Assembly (NCBI GenBank): GCA_032718475.1
Contig: JAUCBJ010006384.1
Location: 1-43,102 of the forward strand
Direction of reading: 5' to 3'
DNA from: Nemertoderma westbladi
Taxonomy: Eukaryota > Animalia > Xenacoelomorpha
Length of the DNA: 43,102 bases
The notes under the pieces were generated by a model, which was not told where the DNA came from, ran no database searches, and saw only the letters and a program-made list of their open reading frames with translations. Position numbers and translations under genes: made by a program. The number at the start of each line of letters is the position of its first letter. The stretch's first letter is position 1. This document shows positions 39,918 through 43,102 of this stretch, in pieces.

Positions 39918-40324
39918 CAAATTAATTGTAATTAAAGTAAAGAGCATAATTATTTATTGAAATTGATTAGCTACATTATTTATTTTTTATTATTTTTTTT
40001 ATTTTTTATTATTTTTTTATATTTTTTTCAAATATCAAAAAAAAAATTTTTAATTAAATTTAAAATTTTTTTTTAAAAAGTAAACTTTTTAATTATCAAA
40101 ATAATTCTCACAATCATTTCCACAATAATTGAGAATTTCATCGTCTGTCTGTCTGTGGGGTGGAGGTGGGATGAGTCTGTTGCAAAATGCAATCCGGTGC
40201 CTTTATAGTATTGTTATTATTATATATTATTATACTAGCATAGGTTTATTGTTATTTTACTAGCACAAGTTTACACAGGAATGAATATATCGTTAGTAAA
40301 CTTGAAGCTCATGTCAAGAGTTGT

Positions 40325-41760
40325 GAAATTCACGGAAACAGTTTCTTTCAGGCCGTATACAAAGGCAAACGAGACATTTCATACATCGCATTTGCGTTTT
40401 AAGGCTGCAGCCTCAAAATCAAATCAAATGATGCAGACAGAGGTCGGTGTCGTGTCTGCAGTGCAGACACTACACCGACCTCTGTCTGTATGAGGCAACA
40501 TATCAGCAAAATGGGCGGTAATGTCTCTTTGTATCTCAAGCGATGGAAGCGGTTGTGACATTTTTCTAACTCGGGGTCTGCGGCAAGTTGAAGCCTCATC
40601 CTCACTAACCGCAGGGCTAGAAACAGGGCTGGAATGGTTTGATACCGTCAATGGGGTGGCTCTCAACGCCGATGGCCGGCCCCTTTTTTGAATAAAGCAG
40701 TGTGCTTGTCACATAATAGAAGGGAAGTAGCAATTGATTGAGTAAAATGTAAAAGGTCAATATGATCAACATGAGCTTTCTCAAAGTCTCTTCTGTATTC
40801 TAATCAACCATTCACTACGGCAACGTTCAGTGACCACAAAAAAACTCGTCTATACCACTTAGAGCACCGGTGATCACAAACATATAAAAAACGGAGCATA
40901 TCGAAAAGATCTACTCCTCCCATATTTTTATTATAATCCGCCACAATTGCCGGTTGGTGACCATAATATTATTTTTGTCTACTTTTGACCACCGCTTTAC
41001 ATGATGAAGTGGATTAATTGCTATATAATTTGAAGAGAGCTGAACCATTCTAATATCGAACCATCGGACGATGAATAAACCCGAATTGGAGTCAATCTTC
41101 ACATCCATCACACTGCGCCCTTCTTTTGGGAGTTCTTTCTCGGTTTTCAAACTGCAACCTCGAATGCGGTCTATTCTCAAAGTCCCAACTGTATCAAAAC
41201 CCATATCATTTAACATAATTTGCAGCTCGGGGAATTTGAATTTGTTATCGAAGAAAATGTGAAAATGACTATTTCTAGGGACAGTCTCCAGAAGTTTGAG
41301 GACATAGTCACCTGGTTGAAAACCACAAGAATCTTCGATTGACACATGGCCATCGAAAATAAAGAAGTCATAGGTATAACCGGTCTTAGAGTTGCGACTA
41401 AAAACCTTACGTAATGCCCCATTTCTTCGGTTTCTGAGGCATATACTGCCTAAGAATGGTGTGTCCCTTGAAGGGTATCATTTGTTCATCAATTGACTGA
41501 AATACATCAGACTCAAGACTCTCTAAACACGCTTCCCGAACTTTGTCCAACAGTGGACGAATCTTAGCCAGTCGATCATAGCCTTCATGTTTTCTATTCT
41601 TGACAATGATATTATTGTCCGTGAAATGAAGATACTTGTTAATCTCAAAGAAATTATTTCTAGACGTAGACATATAGTCCGCGACAGCAGGTATACGAAA
41701 ATCCAGTTCCCAGAACATACGATTATCTCGGTAACTTATAGATCCCCATACACAAAAGTA
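40325..41760 (-). mobile_element. Degenerate piggyBac-family transposase (frameshifted, 5' truncated)
   Basis: Fragments with YLHFTDN, DRLAKIRPLLD, SIDEQMIPFKG..RQYMPQKPKKWG, HIFFDN, VGTLR..R, VRWFD, a shifted-frame YNKNMGGVDLFD, and a Cys-rich C-terminus (RGRCSVC). No terminal repeats or TTAA duplication identified. Confidence 0.9.
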
Positions 41761-41916
41761 ATGCGAAATGAGTTTCAATCTCGTTTACATCAGTTCGAAA
41801 TCGAGATGAGTTGTGAACGGCGTAGCGATTGCTTTCCTCAACTATTATCGTTCCTACTAAAAACCGCAATTTACCGCAATTTACCGCAACTAACCGCAAC
41901 TAGTTGTTATTTTGAA

Positions 41917-41987
41917 GCAGCTGCATGGTCTAGTGGCGAAATTTCTGGGCTTCCAATTAGGAGGCCCCGGTTCGATCCCTTGCTGCC
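41917..41987 (+). mobile_element. tRNA-derived SINE head or tRNA pseudogene (Gly-TCC-like loop)
   Basis: Pol III A box TGGTCTAGTGG (41926-41936), B box GGTTCGATCCC (41969-41979) and a CTTCCAA anticodon-like loop. Stems pair poorly. Confidence 0.6.
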
Positions 41988-42538
41988 TTGACCGTGTAGC
42001 ACTGTTTTCTGTTTGTGTAGTGTTTTAAAAACGGTCCTACGAATTATCCCAATACCCCGAAATACTTGTTTTTCACTCTCGTTTATTGTTTTGGTTAGAA
42101 AAACTTGCCTATGTAACCTGTTCCTTTCCCTCGCCGTTTCTAAACATTGTTGGCTTATTTTGGGGTACCGGTAATAGTTTAGCCTTTTTGTGGTATTTTG
42201 TGACTATTTTGGGGTAGGCCTAATTCGTAGGACCCTCTAACGGTCTAATGTTAACATATTGGTTTTATATTGATCACATTACAGCATTAATGATAAATTT
42301 TGTCTTTTTTAACACTGCAAAAACAGCGTTGCATGGTCAAGGGATCAATGGAATATCGTGTGGTAGGTCAATAGCATTGTTATGTTGTGTTCAACCAACG
42401 TGGGGGAGGCCAAAGAGTAACAAAAATTAAAATTTTGAAATGTTTTGTCTCCCTCTAGTGGCGGGCGGCAGTTTTAAATAATTCACTAAAAACAATTCTG
42501 GGTCAATATCACTAAAAGTGGCCAACACTAGGAACAAA

Positions 42539-42751
42539 AACGTTTGACACTCCGTAACGTTAGACACTCCGTAACCTTAGACACTCCGTAACGTTAGACA
42601 CTCCGTAACGTGAGACACTCCGTAACGTTAGACACTCCGTAACGTTAGACACTCCGTAACGTTAGACACTCCGTAACCTTGACACTCCGTAACGTTAGAC
42701 ACTCCGTAACGTTAGACACTCCGTAACCTTAGACACTCCGTAACGTTTGAC
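42539..42751. repeat. 17-bp minisatellite CGTTAGACACTCCGTAA, ~12 copies
   Basis: 17-bp periodicity with CCTTAG, CGTGAG and CGTTTG variants. Confidence 0.95.
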
Positions 42752-42775
42752 TTCCTCGATCATTTAATAACTATT

Positions 42776-42924
42776 TACATCTTTGTGTGCAAAGTAGCAC
42801 TTTGCAGCGTTACGACCCGAGTTTATTTATGTACCGAGCAACCGAGCGAGCGCAGCGAGGGAGGTTTACATAAATAAACAAGGGTCTTTAACGCTGAAAA
42901 GTGACTTTTGCAAGCAATGATGTA
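42776..42924. repeat. Imperfect palindrome, MITE-like hairpin
   Basis: TGCAAAG...CAGCGTTA.GACCC..GTTTATTTATGTA (42788-42833) pairs with TACATAAATAAAC..GGGTC..TAACGCTG...TTTGCA (42867-42912) around a CGAGCGAGCGCAGCGAG loop. TACATCTTTG/CAATGATGTA extend the arms. Confidence 0.7.
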
Positions 42925-43102
42925 TGTAATTTTGTTACATTATGTCAACTTATCAGCGTTCGGTGTGTGAAGAAAGGATTTTATGGATACTCATTTATAC
43001 ATTTTAATCATGTACTATATCGAATATAAGTGGAATTTATTAACAGGTACACAGTACTAATTATACATTTATATCTAATTAAAATTTATTGGAAGTTATC
43101 TC

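Noticed and set aside
40325-41760. Domesticated PGBD gene or active transposon
   Set aside because: Multiple frameshifts and stops, missing N-terminus, no terminal repeats found.
41917-41987. Functional tRNA-Gly gene
   Set aside because: A and B boxes are present but the acceptor and anticodon stems do not pair properly; kept only as SINE head or pseudogene.

Overview
AT-rich animal genomic DNA, about 77% tandem repeat. The ORF track misses the main gene: five phase-compatible + strand exons (5918-6068, 9617-9790, 11248-11444, 13813-13940, 39623-39801) splice into one open frame resembling the central to pre-PWI part of the splicing factor RBM25. The gene runs off both ends of the window. 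An intronless ATXN7L3/Sgf11 gene lies antisense in the upstream intron. The most striking pattern is that the tandem arrays are built from splice signals. Four of the five exons are followed directly by arrays of their own 5' splice site (three include the exon 3' end). The 35-bp array at the window start repeats a perfect GTAAGT donor. The 25.6-kb array that fills one intron repeats an AG-free branch-point-like/polypyrimidine unit up to the acceptor. Also present: two RTE-like LINE fragments, a decayed piggyBac transposase, a tRNA-derived SINE-like head, and MITE-like inverted repeats, one carrying CTCF-like motifs. All homology calls are from remembered motifs, not searches.
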